Shown here: positions 51,569 through 61,770 of the stretch, piece after piece
Numbering within the stretch: position 1 is the stretch's first letter
Layout: every line of letters begins with the position of its first letter
Source: Candidatus Poribacteria bacterium
GTDB taxonomy: Bacteria; Poribacteria; WGA-4E; PCPOR2b
Reading direction: 5' to 3'
DNA length: 64,000 nucleotides
NCBI GenBank assembly: GCA_965215015.1
Contig: OZ244042.1
Span: 3,520,001-3,584,000, forward strand
Translations under genes and position numbers: made by a program
The notes under the pieces: model-generated
The model's database searches: none
Told to the model about the DNA's origin: nothing
Seen by the model: only the letters and a program-made list of their open reading frames with translations

Positions 51569-51894
51569 TATAGAGCATTCAATATAGAGCATTCAATTGC
51601 TAACATTTTCTTAAATTGACGGGTTTGATGAGGCTGCAACTTTAGCTAGAAAATAAATTGCCTCAGACCTTACTAGAGTCTCAACACCCAAGGTAAATCG
51701 AGAAATAGGCGAACAATGGAACGGTGTTAGCTGGCAAAAGTATGACGCCTATCAAATAGCTTATTTATAAATGCGGTTGTATTCTATCACATCGATAGGC
51801 AAACATCAAACAAAAAAGTCAAGATTCCGCATAAGCGTATTTCTTAGGCGCAGGGAATTTCTAACGAAAAAGCTGAGTCAACAACTGATAATTA

Positions 51895-51923
51895 TTGCCT
51901 TCCTCTCTTGATTTTGGTATAAT
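51895..51923 (+). promoter_or_regulatory. Sigma70 promoter for radC
   Basis: TTGCCT-17 nt-TATAAT with an extended -10 TG. Confidence 0.6.
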
Positions 51924-51985
51924 CTGCCTTACAATTTTCTATTTTAGTGGATAAGATACTATAGATAGCTACTAAGGATGTGATA

Positions 51986-52693
51986 ATGGAAACGACAGAA
52001 TACCGGCTTCGGCTAAAAGACCTTCCCGAGGATGAGCGACCGCTCGAAAGGCTTTACAAATATGGCCCGCAGGCACTCAAAACATCCGAATTGATTGCAA
52101 TTATTATTCGGACCGGCACGGGAACGGCGACAGCGGTTCAGGTTGCAGAGCAGCTGCTTCAGAAGTACGATGGCAATCTGAAGCGGTTGGCAGATAATAG
52201 CGAGAGACAAATTGCAGAAGGTGTTAAAGGGATGGGCACGGTGAAGGTGGGCCAAATCCGGGCAGCTTTTGAATTGGGACGACGGATGGCAGCGTTTCTT
52301 GAAGAAAAGCCGCAGATTAGTTCCCCCAACGATGTTGTCTATGTTGCGCGAATGGTCATGCCTTCGATGCGAGATTTGCAACAGGAGGAACTCCATGTCT
52401 TTAGCCTTGACACGAAGAACTATGTGACCAAGCAGCGCCGTATCTTTGAGGGGAGCTTAAATGCGAGCATTATCCATCCCCGCGAAGTCTTTCGGTTTGC
52501 GATAGAGGAAGCGGCGGCATCAATCATCCTTGTGCATAACCATCCATCCGGCGATCCCGCGCCGAGCCCGGAGGATATTAATGCGACGAAGCAATTGATC
52601 GAGGCGGGGAATTTGCTCCAGATCCCTGTGACAGATCACGTTATTATCGGGGACGGGTGTTATATCAGTATGAAGGAAGAAGGGATAGTTTAA
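51986..52693 (+). CDS. radC: RadC family JAB-domain protein
   Basis: ERPLERL, ELIAIIIRTG, AAFELGRR, HPREVF, HNHPSGD...PSPED, DHVIIG. Confidence 0.95.
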   Translation: METTEYRLRLKDLPEDERPLERLYKYGPQALKTSELIAIIIRTGTGTATAVQVAEQLLQKYDGNLKRLADNSERQIAEGVKGMGTVKVGQIRAAFELGRRMAAFLEEKPQISSPNDVVYVARMVMPSMRDLQQEELHVFSLDTKNYVTKQRRIFEGSLNASIIHPREVFRFAIEEAAASIILVHNHPSGDPAPSPEDINATKQLIEAGNLLQIPVTDHVIIGDGCYISMKEEGIV

Positions 52694-53554
52694 GTGAGGG
52701 CTGTGCATAAATCCAATCTGGTCGTTTAGATGTGAACGTGAGCCCTCTCATCCAGTGAATCCTTCAATCCTGAAAATCCTGATTCAGACAATAATTATGA
52801 GCATCCCTCATTATCTTTGAGGGGAGCTTAAATGCGAGCATTATCCATCCCCGCGAAGTCTTTCGGTTTGCGATAGAGGAAGCGGCGGCATCAATCATCC
52901 TTGTGCATAACCATCCATCCGGCGATCCCGCGCCGAGCCCGGAGGATATTAATGCGACGAAGCAATTGATCGAGGCGGGAAATTTGCTCCAGATCCCTGT
53001 GACAGATCACGTTATTATCGGGGACGGGTGTTATATCAGTATGAAGGAAGAAGGGATAGTTTAAGTGAGGGCTGTGCATAAATCCAATCTGGTCGTTTAG
53101 ATGTGAACGTGAGCCCTCTCATCCTGTGAATCCTTCAATCCTGGAAATCCTGATTCAGACAATAATTATGAGCACCCCTCATTATCTTTGAGGGGAGCTT
53201 AAATGCGAGCATTATCCATCCCCGCGAAGTCTTTCGGTTTGCGATAGAGGAAGCGGCGGCATCAATCATCCTTGTGCATAACCATCCATCCGGCGATCCC
53301 GCGCCGAGCCCGGAGGATATTAATGCGACGAAGCAATTGATCGAGGCGGGAAATTTGCTCCAGATCCCTGTGACGGATCACGTTATTATCGGGGACGGGT
53401 GTTATATCAGTATGAAGGAAGAAGGGATAGTTTAAGTGAGGGATGTGCATAAATCCAATCTGGTCGTTTAGATGTGAACGTGAAGCCATCTCATCCTGTG
53501 AATCCTTCAATCCTGAAAATCTTGATTCAGACAATAATTATGAGCACTCCTCAT
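52441..53554 (+). repeat. Three tandem 371-bp copies of the radC 3' end plus downstream intergenic DNA
   Basis: Units start at 52441, 52812 and 53183 (TATCTTTGAGGGGAGC); a few SNPs between copies. Confidence 0.95.
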
Positions 53555-53611
53555 TTAAGTGATTCTGTATTACAAGCGTTCACAATTCACAATCGAACAG
53601 GAGATTTTAAT

Positions 53612-54823
53612 ATGTCCGAAGAGAAAGCGTACAAAGTTCGTGCGATTCGCTGTAGTCATAAAGCCTCGCAGGCAGAAATTTACGAAAGACTCAAGACGAT
53701 TACTGCTCCCCTGACGCGCTCCTGGGAGAAGATCGAAAAAGCCCGCAAAATCGGTATCAAGGTAAACATGCAGATGCGTACGGACAATATCCGTCGCATT
53801 GGAGGACGACGGCAGGAGTTGGTTGACGACGATGTTCTCCGTGCATCGCTCCGTTTGTTGCGAGAGCGCAGCGACGCACATATCTTTGTGCTGGATACTA
53901 GCATGGCACCGACGGGACAGCGTCCCGGCGACGATTTTAATATGCACTCAATCTTTGAGGAGTTCGATATCCCTTATATTGAAGCCGGCGATCCACCCTT
54001 TACGCAGTACAAAGTTCCCGGTGGTGGTGTGATGTTCTCCGAATATCAGCTCTCTGCCTCTATTGGCGAAGCGGATGCCTTTGTCTCGATCGCTAAGATG
54101 AAGAACCACGCTTTTATGGGCATCACGTTGTGTCTGAAAAACCTTTTTGGTTTACCGCCTATACCGCCGCACGGTCGAGTGAGAACCTATTTTCACCATG
54201 TTATTCGGTTATCATACGTCCTACCTGACCTCGGTCTGATTGCCCAACCCTGTCTCAACATCATTGACGGTTTGACGGGACAAGCGAGACGGGAGTGGGG
54301 AGGAGAAGGACGTATCTGCGATGCGCTGATTGCCGGTGACCATGTGATTGCTACGGATGCCTGCGGTACTTACTTAATGGGCACCGACCCACGCCTCGAT
54401 TGGCCCAATCCGCCCTATCGCCGCGATCGAAGCCCGATTGCGGTGGCTGCGGAGCACGGATTTGGGACAGTGAATCTGGAGGAGATTGACTTTGACATGG
54501 GCGGCCTACAGCCTCCGCTTGCGGAGTTCGACTCCGAGGAGATGGATCCGAGTGAAAAAATCGCTAGCCTGCGTCAAACCGCATGTCAACAGGCGTTGTT
54601 TTATCGGGACAACCGAGAAGGGCTAGTGAGCCGTCATGCCGGTTCATTTATCTATCTGCAAGATGGGGAAGTTATCTGGAGTGGTTCGCATCCGAACCAA
54701 GCGGGTGCCGTCCACCAACTCAGCGGTGAACGAAAGGATCAGGCGGTATGGCTCAAATTGGTCGATCCAGAGGAGACAGAAGGTGAACGTATGCGCGTGT
54801 ACGAGCGGATTTTGGCGGCGTAA
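53612..54823 (+). CDS. DUF362 domain-containing protein
   Basis: IKVN, SIAKMKNH..MGITLCLKNLFG, IIDG, D.IATDA; AGGAG before ATG 53612. Confidence 0.82.
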   Translation: MSEEKAYKVRAIRCSHKASQAEIYERLKTITAPLTRSWEKIEKARKIGIKVNMQMRTDNIRRIGGRRQELVDDDVLRASLRLLRERSDAHIFVLDTSMAPTGQRPGDDFNMHSIFEEFDIPYIEAGDPPFTQYKVPGGGVMFSEYQLSASIGEADAFVSIAKMKNHAFMGITLCLKNLFGLPPIPPHGRVRTYFHHVIRLSYVLPDLGLIAQPCLNIIDGLTGQARREWGGEGRICDALIAGDHVIATDACGTYLMGTDPRLDWPNPPYRRDRSPIAVAAEHGFGTVNLEEIDFDMGGLQPPLAEFDSEEMDPSEKIASLRQTACQQALFYRDNREGLVSRHAGSFIYLQDGEVIWSGSHPNQAGAVHQLSGERKDQAVWLKLVDPEETEGERMRVYERILAA

Positions 54824-55138
54824 ACGCGCTTGCGTATAGCGACTAGATCGGACCGCGTTACTTCAACCTTTTAGGAGTTATGCCCTTGAGTTCGTGGCCA
54901 GGCCATTCAACCCGCATCACGATAGACCATAAATCGCTAACTGTCGCCCCCAATAAAGCGGATGTTGAGAGGCATGTTCACCGAATCTGTAAGGGTGGCG
55001 CAGAGCCTGTCCTCGATGAAATCGGGGTTGCCTAAACTGCCAAATGCACCCACGTAGGCCTGCTGTCGGTCAATTTTCCAAAATCGAGACTATGGACATT
55101 TGGGTGTCGAGATATGAATCTCAACCAACAAAGCTTCC

Positions 55139-55253
55139 GCTCATGTAAAGAATGAGTGCAACAGCAGCCCTAGAGGCTTGTATCTCCCCCTGCTTGCGGG
55201 GGGGTGAGGGGGGTAACTTATCTTCGTGTTTTGCTCTTTCTTTTAACATGAGC
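55139..55253. mobile_element. MITE-like element, family A
   Basis: GCTCATGTAAAGAATGAGTGCAAC ... TTTGCTCTTTCTTTTAACATGAGC; internal CCCCCTGCTTGCGGGGG. Confidence 0.65.
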
Positions 55254-55305
55254 CAAGGCTTTCAAGGGTTCAACTGCGTAAGTCCTACTTTTAATAAGGA
55301 ATAGT

Positions 55306-56727
55306 ATGTCCCAACAAAAACCCCATGTCTTGCTGCTAATCAATGACGAACATCGTCCTGACGTTTTGCCGATCGAAGGTGACCGGCAGATCCGCACTCC
55401 TACGTTAGATCGATTTATCAATGAGGGTGTATACTTTCGCAATGCGTACACACCTTCGCCCATCTGTGTGCCGGCACGGCAGAGTTTTATCTCTGGGCTT
55501 TATCCACGCAACTGTGGCAGCCTCAATTTTGGGGATCCGATGCCTACCGAGGTCCGAACTATTCCGGGGCATCTGGGTAACTATGGCTATTACTCATGTG
55601 CAGCGGGAAAGATGCATTTCGTGGGCAAAGATGTAATGCACGGTTGGCGGGAGCGGGTTGGTCGGGACATTGTGGGTGATAACGGCTATCCTTACCCAGC
55701 TGTTGATGATGAACACACCGCCCAAGTTCAGCGAGAGCCGGGGACCGGTTCAAAACAGAACAAGGTTATCCAAGAGATTCGCGATGCTCAACCCGGAATG
55801 GGATATTGGATGCTTCACGACCAATACGCTGTAGATGGTGCGTTGCTGTTCCTTGAGGAGTATTTTGTGGACGCCTCCTATGACCGGTACAAGCCGAATC
55901 CGCTGTGCATGGCGGTGAGTCTTTGGTGTCCACACTACCCGTATCAGTGTCCGCTTGACCTGTTTACCTATTACATGCAGCGTGTCGAGCCGATTATTGA
56001 GGAGCCGAACGATAAATTTGAGTGCAACGACTTCTTCAAGGTTCGCTTTGGCGAGGACGTGACCCATCGCCAAGCCCATCGTGCTACCGCTGCCTACTAC
56101 GGCATGATTGACTGGATGGACCAGCAGTTTGGTCGCGTCATCGAGAAACTTGAACACCTCAACGTTCTCGACGACTTCATCATCGTTTTCTTCTCTGACC
56201 ACGGTGAGATGCTCGGCACGAAAGGGCTATGGGAGAAACAGAGCTTTTTTGAGGCGTCGGTACGCGTGCCGTTCTCCATCTGGTATCCAAAGCGGTTTGG
56301 TCGTGAGCTACAGGTTATTGAACAGAATGTATCCTTGGTAGACCTGTTTCCGACGCTATGTGATCTGGTTGACGTCCCCGCTCCGGACGAACTTGACGGA
56401 CACTCGTTGGTGCCGCTCATCGAAGGATCCACTGATGACTGGCAGAACACAGTCTATAGCGAACTTTGGCGTGTCCTAAACGGTCGGTCCGTGATGGTCA
56501 AGCAGGATAGTCTGAAGTATTTCCGTTTCGATAATGGTGCCGGTTGGCCCGATCAGTTGTTCGATTTGTCGAATGATCTCGATGAACGTAACAATCTGGT
56601 TGACAACCCTGCTTATGCCGAAGCCCTCACAGGCCTGCGTGCTAAAGTGGATGCTCTGCCTCTACCACGACGCAAGGATGCGAATAATCGTTTTATTGAT
56701 CCGTATCGTCCGATGGGTAGGGATTGA
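55306..56727 (+). CDS. Sulfatase (choline-sulfatase-like, Cys type)
   Basis: DEHR, SPICVPAR (CxPxR), GKMHF, PHYPY, SDHGEMLG...WEK. Confidence 0.92.
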   Translation: MSQQKPHVLLLINDEHRPDVLPIEGDRQIRTPTLDRFINEGVYFRNAYTPSPICVPARQSFISGLYPRNCGSLNFGDPMPTEVRTIPGHLGNYGYYSCAAGKMHFVGKDVMHGWRERVGRDIVGDNGYPYPAVDDEHTAQVQREPGTGSKQNKVIQEIRDAQPGMGYWMLHDQYAVDGALLFLEEYFVDASYDRYKPNPLCMAVSLWCPHYPYQCPLDLFTYYMQRVEPIIEEPNDKFECNDFFKVRFGEDVTHRQAHRATAAYYGMIDWMDQQFGRVIEKLEHLNVLDDFIIVFFSDHGEMLGTKGLWEKQSFFEASVRVPFSIWYPKRFGRELQVIEQNVSLVDLFPTLCDLVDVPAPDELDGHSLVPLIEGSTDDWQNTVYSELWRVLNGRSVMVKQDSLKYFRFDNGAGWPDQLFDLSNDLDERNNLVDNPAYAEALTGLRAKVDALPLPRRKDANNRFIDPYRPMGRD

Positions 56728-56999
56728 TCGTATTAGTTCATTGGTTCGTTGGTTCATTAGTGCAATTAATGAATTTTTAACGCCTGAACTCTTCGGGTTA
56801 CAGCATACGGGGCCCCGATAAGATCGGTATTCAAAGCAATATGCGTACTACTAGCAACTTGGGTGGTTATATTATAGAAGAAAAGGGGTATACCGTGGGT
56901 TTTAGGCAGAAATGCCTCTTTTACAACAACGGAGAGATTGACACCTCTCTCCGTTCCCTTTCTTGTATACATTCAGAGTCAATATACTGAGGTGTAATT

Positions 57000-58019
57000 A
57001 TGTCAGATTATTCAAAGACTTACCGCGTGGGTCTCGTTGGGAGCGGCGGCATTGCACGGGCGCACGGCACCGCCTGCCGAGCCCTTGACGGTGCTGACCT
57101 CGCTGCTATTTGCGATGTTTCTCAGGAGGCATTGAATCGTTACGGTGAACAATTTGGTGTCCCTAACCGATACCTCAACTTAGACGAGATGCTTGAGAAG
57201 GCAAACTTGGATATCGCCATTATCTGTAACTGGGGGGCATACCACGCTGAAACTGGTATCCGAATCGCCAAATCTCGAAAAGTGCGAGCCATCCTGTGCG
57301 AAAAACCGTTTACCAATAACGCAGCTGAAGCAAGACAGATGGTCGCTGCGGCGAAAGAGAACGGCATCCTGATCGCCGAAGCCTTCAAATTCCGCCATCA
57401 CCCGATGCATCTCAAGGCCAAGGAACTGGCAGATTCGGGCGCAATCGGCGATGTACTGACGCTTCGCAGTACGTTCTGTTCGGGCGGCAGCGGTGCCGGT
57501 CCTGAAACGCGAAAGCCGGAAGACAATTGGCGTTTCAACAAGGCAAAGGGCGGCGGCAGTGTCTATGACCTTGCCTGTTACTGCATCCATCATGCACGTT
57601 TTATCTTTGGCGCGGATCCGGTTCGAGTCTTTGCTGCCTCACAGCCGGGGTTAGAGGTTGATGATGCTATGTATATACTGCTCGTCTTCCCGGAAGACCG
57701 TACTGCACAAATTTCTGTTGGATTCAATACAGCGAGCGCACAGTACGTTGAGATCTGTGGGAGGGCGGGAATGCTCCGAATAGAAATCGCCTGGAACAAC
57801 GAAAATCGGTCTGTGGATTTAGAACACCGTACCCCTGATGGAACGGAACTCATTAATTTTGAGCCGATCCATCAATTCACAAATCAACTCGCGCACCTGT
57901 GTGACTGCCTTGAAACGGGGCAACCGCATCGGATTTCACCCGAAAACAGTATCAACCAGATGCGGGTTATTGATGCTGTGTTTGAATCAGCCGCGACGGG
58001 AAAAGCGGTTCGTATGTAA
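57000..58019 (+). CDS. Gfo/Idh/MocA family oxidoreductase
   Basis: GSGGIA, LCEKPF, FRHHP, GGGSVYDLACY. Confidence 0.9.
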   Translation: MSDYSKTYRVGLVGSGGIARAHGTACRALDGADLAAICDVSQEALNRYGEQFGVPNRYLNLDEMLEKANLDIAIICNWGAYHAETGIRIAKSRKVRAILCEKPFTNNAAEARQMVAAAKENGILIAEAFKFRHHPMHLKAKELADSGAIGDVLTLRSTFCSGGSGAGPETRKPEDNWRFNKAKGGGSVYDLACYCIHHARFIFGADPVRVFAASQPGLEVDDAMYILLVFPEDRTAQISVGFNTASAQYVEICGRAGMLRIEIAWNNENRSVDLEHRTPDGTELINFEPIHQFTNQLAHLCDCLETGQPHRISPENSINQMRVIDAVFESAATGKAVRM

Positions 58020-58032
58020 GGAGTGCATAAAG

Positions 58033-59130
58033 ATGGAAACGACGCAAACATTTCAGCAAGATAAGATTGAGCGACCCCGGCGGAGATTGCCGGTTATTGA
58101 TTGTGATGTGCATAACACCCTTTCTTCAGAAACGGTGTTATATCCGTATCTCTCCGGGCGTTGGCGCCGGCATCATCAGATGTTGGGAGCACCTGACCGT
58201 GTCGGAGGTTATGTCCCGCGCGGTATGCCCTATGGTGCGCGTTACGACGCTTGGCCCCCTTCTGGGCAGCGTCCGGGCTCAGATTTAGACTTTCTGCGGG
58301 AACAGTTGCTTGATTCGTGGGATATTGAGTACGGCATCCTAAACTGTTTGACGCCTGTTTGCGAGATGCCCAATTTGGAGTATGCTGCGGCATTTGCACG
58401 GGCGGTCAACGATTGGCAGATTGATGAGTGGCTGGATCCAGAACCTCGGCTGCGGGCGTCGATGATAGTTGCCTGCGACGACGGTGTATTGGCATCACAG
58501 GAGATCGATCGACTCGCCGGAGATTCGAGATTTGTCCAAATATTGCTGCTCGCCCGCACAATGGAACCGTTGGGAAGGCGTAAATACTGGCAGATGTACG
58601 AGGCTGCAGTGCGTCATGATCTGCCAATTGGGATTCACTTCACCGGCGTTGGCGTGGGCCCAATTACCGCCGTCGGTAAGCCCTCTCACTACATTGAGGA
58701 TCACGCCGGCATGACCCAGGCGTTTCAGACACAGGTGACCAGTCTGGTTTGCGAGGGCGTTTTTGAGCATTTTCCCACGCTCAAGGTGGTCTTAATTGAG
58801 GGCGGCTTTGCTTGGCTCCCACCCCTGATGTGGCGGCTTGACCGTGCCTGGAAGAAATTGCGCGATGAAGTGCCTTACCTCAAACGGTTGCCTTCCGAGT
58901 ACATCCGTGAGCATTTCTGGATGACCACACAGCCAATCGAGGAGCCGCCCAAACCGGAATACTTTCAACAGTTGCTTGAGCATATCAACGCGGATGAAAA
59001 GCTAATGTTTGCCACGGACTATCCCCATTGGGACTTTGATTCCCCAGATCATACCCTTCCGACAAATCTCGCTCCGGGGTTAAAGCGGAACATCATGGCG
59101 GAGAACGCTCGCGCATTCTATCGGCTTTAG
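58033..59130 (+). CDS. Amidohydrolase_2 family protein
   Basis: IDCDVH, IGIH, IEGG, FATDYPHWD, ENARAFY. Confidence 0.9.
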   Translation: METTQTFQQDKIERPRRRLPVIDCDVHNTLSSETVLYPYLSGRWRRHHQMLGAPDRVGGYVPRGMPYGARYDAWPPSGQRPGSDLDFLREQLLDSWDIEYGILNCLTPVCEMPNLEYAAAFARAVNDWQIDEWLDPEPRLRASMIVACDDGVLASQEIDRLAGDSRFVQILLLARTMEPLGRRKYWQMYEAAVRHDLPIGIHFTGVGVGPITAVGKPSHYIEDHAGMTQAFQTQVTSLVCEGVFEHFPTLKVVLIEGGFAWLPPLMWRLDRAWKKLRDEVPYLKRLPSEYIREHFWMTTQPIEEPPKPEYFQQLLEHINADEKLMFATDYPHWDFDSPDHTLPTNLAPGLKRNIMAENARAFYRL

Positions 59131-59302
59131 GAGTCGAGAGTGGAAGAGTGAGGAAGACATTACGAACAATTAGATCCCATTCTCATAGTAGTCGGCGATT
59201 TGTTGCTCGTTGAGGGATGGAGTTATAGACAGCTATAATGGGAACTCCTTATAATTGATGTTCCCATCTATAGAGAAATCCATGAACGAAGGTAATACGT
59301 GA

Positions 59303-59399
59303 TCAGGGGTATTTAGTTTGCGCGTTTTTAGCTCCGTTCGAGGCTATTGTGTTTATAGCTCCCAAATCCGACGTGAAACCGAGAGCTAAATAACCCTGA
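59303..59399. repeat. Short inverted-repeat-bounded element
   Basis: TCAGGGGTATTTAG / CTAAATAACCCTGA (13 of 14 match); related CTAAATAGCCCT near 41775. Confidence 0.5.
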
Positions 59400-59461
59400 A
59401 TGTATTATGCATCATACGTAAAAAATGGCAAGTTGATGCCCCAGTCGAATCCGAGTACACA

Positions 59462-60670
59462 TCAGAAAAACGAGCGAATCGCTGTTTTCTCTTGAATTTC
59501 AGCCCCGCCGTGTGCACTCAACCGTGGGCGAACGCGAATCGTGCTAACCACTTCTGTTTCGTCGTCAACGAGAAGTGCCTCCCCATGCCGGTTCAACTCC
59601 CGAATATAACCCTTTAAATCCCCTTGCATGTACGTCGCACTCAGTCTGTCTAGCGCGTGGATATCGTCCCAAGTTGTGATTTTATGCGCGATAATTAGAT
59701 CACATTGCGAAAGCAGTTCCGCGTCAATCGCGGACGGTTGTTGTGTAGCAACAATCAGGCTCAACCCGGGCTGGCGCCCCTCTTTTACCCATCGTATCAA
59801 CATCTCTTTACAAAGCGAAGCACGCCCTTGCGGCACAAATTGATGCGCTTCATCTATTGCCATCCAAACGCGAGGGAGCCGTGTCTCAAGCCCAAATTCT
59901 TCTCGCCGGCGCAGCCGGGTTCGTTCCGTAAACAACCGCCGCGCTACAACGTCTAATACGAGGTTACGTAACCCTTTTGTGCCTGCATCAAGCACACTCA
60001 AATCCAAAACGTTAATATGTTCCAGTGAAAACACATCGGTTAAGCGCATCGGTTCTTCTGAGAAAATTCCCCATTTTCCTGCAACAGCTAGTCGGTTCTC
60101 TAATGCTTCAATGGTAACCTCTTTAGCTCGTTTATCTTTGCGGAGGCGTTCAATGAGGTCGGTAATGGTGAAGGGTTCCCCGGTGTCGTGGAGTTCCTCC
60201 ACCGCGCGCCACATTGCTATTCCCATCGGTTCATTAATTCCTAAGTTGAAGAGCTCGCACCATGCGTCTGCTGAGAGGTCGTGCGCGTTAATCCATAGGG
60301 AGGTTACCTCAACGTTGTTCATTCGTAGTTGGTTAAGTACCTCTGCATCCCCAAATCGGGCAAGCGGGTTACCGGGTACAATCAATCTGATGGGAAAGGG
60401 TTGCGTTAGCAGCCCTGCCTGACGCACCTCATCCCATTGGTTTTCATTGGCTAGTGCCATGGTGTGATAAATCCCCATTGGGTCCACGATAAGCAACACT
60501 GCTTTTCCACGTTCCTGAGAAAACAATTCTTCAACAATTACCCCTAAAGTGTAACTTTTCCCGGAACCTCGCTTACCGCAGATAAAAACAGCGCGCGAGC
60601 CGGTTGCGCGGATATAAGCCATTTCTCCGCTTTCATAGTCGGTCCCGATTCGTAAATTCACTTCAGCCAT
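59462..60670 (-). CDS. HerA/FtsK-superfamily ATPase (DUF87-like), no HAS barrel
   Basis: GKRGSGKSYT Walker A, VDPMG, IDEAHQF Walker B, KEGRQPG, ATQQPS; ATG 60670 overlaps upstream stop. Confidence 0.88.
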   Translation of the reverse strand: MAEVNLRIGTDYESGEMAYIRATGSRAVFICGKRGSGKSYTLGVIVEELFSQERGKAVLLIVDPMGIYHTMALANENQWDEVRQAGLLTQPFPIRLIVPGNPLARFGDAEVLNQLRMNNVEVTSLWINAHDLSADAWCELFNLGINEPMGIAMWRAVEELHDTGEPFTITDLIERLRKDKRAKEVTIEALENRLAVAGKWGIFSEEPMRLTDVFSLEHINVLDLSVLDAGTKGLRNLVLDVVARRLFTERTRLRRREEFGLETRLPRVWMAIDEAHQFVPQGRASLCKEMLIRWVKEGRQPGLSLIVATQQPSAIDAELLSQCDLIIAHKITTWDDIHALDRLSATYMQGDLKGYIRELNRHGEALLVDDETEVVSTIRVRPRLSAHGGAEIQEKTAIRSFF

Positions 60671-61769
60671 TGAACGTCCTCCGAACATCCCAAAATGGTA
60701 CCAATGATTCTTGTGCTGAGATTCCACCGTGAAAACCCCATTCTGTCACCTTGCGGTTTTTCGCGATAACCTTGTCTCCAGTCAAAACGGTGTAGGTGCC
60801 TTCATCGCTTTTAAGCGTTAGCACATTATCCCCGGACGCGACATTTCCCTCAGTATATCGGGCCTTGGATTTTTCCCGTGCGAGTGGAACGGTGTCCTGG
60901 TTAGTATACCAAAGAATCCCGTGGTCGGCGGTGATAAAGAGTCGAAATGACTCGCTTGTCTCCTGCAGAACTGTGATAAGCGATACGATATCCTTTCTTA
61001 AATCGTCAAGAAGCGAGGAGACATTCGGACGTTCTCTGTAGGAATGACAAACGCTATCCAACCCCGAACGAATAATTTGAACGTAGGTTGGCATTTGCCA
61101 TTCGGACTTCTCTAGTTCTTCCAAAACCTCGTCAAACGTCGTCACGCGATGAAGTTGGGGCTCTGGAAACTCCGTGAAAAGCGCATCGGTCAATTGATTC
61201 ATGGAACGTTCCCAATACGAGAAGCCCAGCCGACGGACGTACTCTAGGTCAAAAAGCCTATGCGTTAAAACCGGCGAACCAATGAGCCGCTGCATTGCAC
61301 TTTCTGTGGTGCTCACCCCATCCACAAGGCACGGTTCCAACATCGCACCTGATAACCCCCATTCCGCTACCTCATAAAAGGATAACCCGTCAAAGACCAA
61401 GAGCACTACTATCTGTGGCAATTCCCGGGCAAGCCGCTCTGTAATTTCGGCAGCCACTTCGGATTGCTTGAGCAAATTGGTAGTCTTAAAACGACTCGGC
61501 AATGCCTCGTTGACCTGTGCTATTGTAGGAAGTGGGGGAAATTCAACCGTTGGGAAACCGAAAACCTGTGTCAATTCTTCTCTGTCTGAGGGTGATGGGT
61601 TCACAAAAAGCGTTTGATCGGCGTCACTTCCGTCGGATGAATCAATCCGTTCGCGCCACCCGGCAAGCGAGGTTGGACACCAGACATCTTCTAGACAGAG
61701 TTCCCACAATGTGCGATAGTTTTCGGGTAACTCTGTTAGGCAAGGAATAAACCTGAATGCTTCTAACAT
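60663..61769 (-). CDS. PglZ-like alkaline-phosphatase-superfamily protein
   Basis: LVFDGLS, VSTTESA, LDSVCH, ITADHG, FHGGISAQESLVP. Confidence 0.8.
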   Translation of the reverse strand: MLEAFRFIPCLTELPENYRTLWELCLEDVWCPTSLAGWRERIDSSDGSDADQTLFVNPSPSDREELTQVFGFPTVEFPPLPTIAQVNEALPSRFKTTNLLKQSEVAAEITERLARELPQIVVLLVFDGLSFYEVAEWGLSGAMLEPCLVDGVSTTESAMQRLIGSPVLTHRLFDLEYVRRLGFSYWERSMNQLTDALFTEFPEPQLHRVTTFDEVLEELEKSEWQMPTYVQIIRSGLDSVCHSYRERPNVSSLLDDLRKDIVSLITVLQETSESFRLFITADHGILWYTNQDTVPLAREKSKARYTEGNVASGDNVLTLKSDEGTYTVLTGDKVIAKNRKVTEWGFHGGISAQESLVPFWDVRRTFNG

Positions 61770-61770
61770 C

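Noticed and set aside
52441-53554. Three separate radC genes or the antisense 62-90 aa ORFs
   Set aside because: Copies 2 and 3 lack a start and N-terminus; the antisense ORFs are shadows of the repeat
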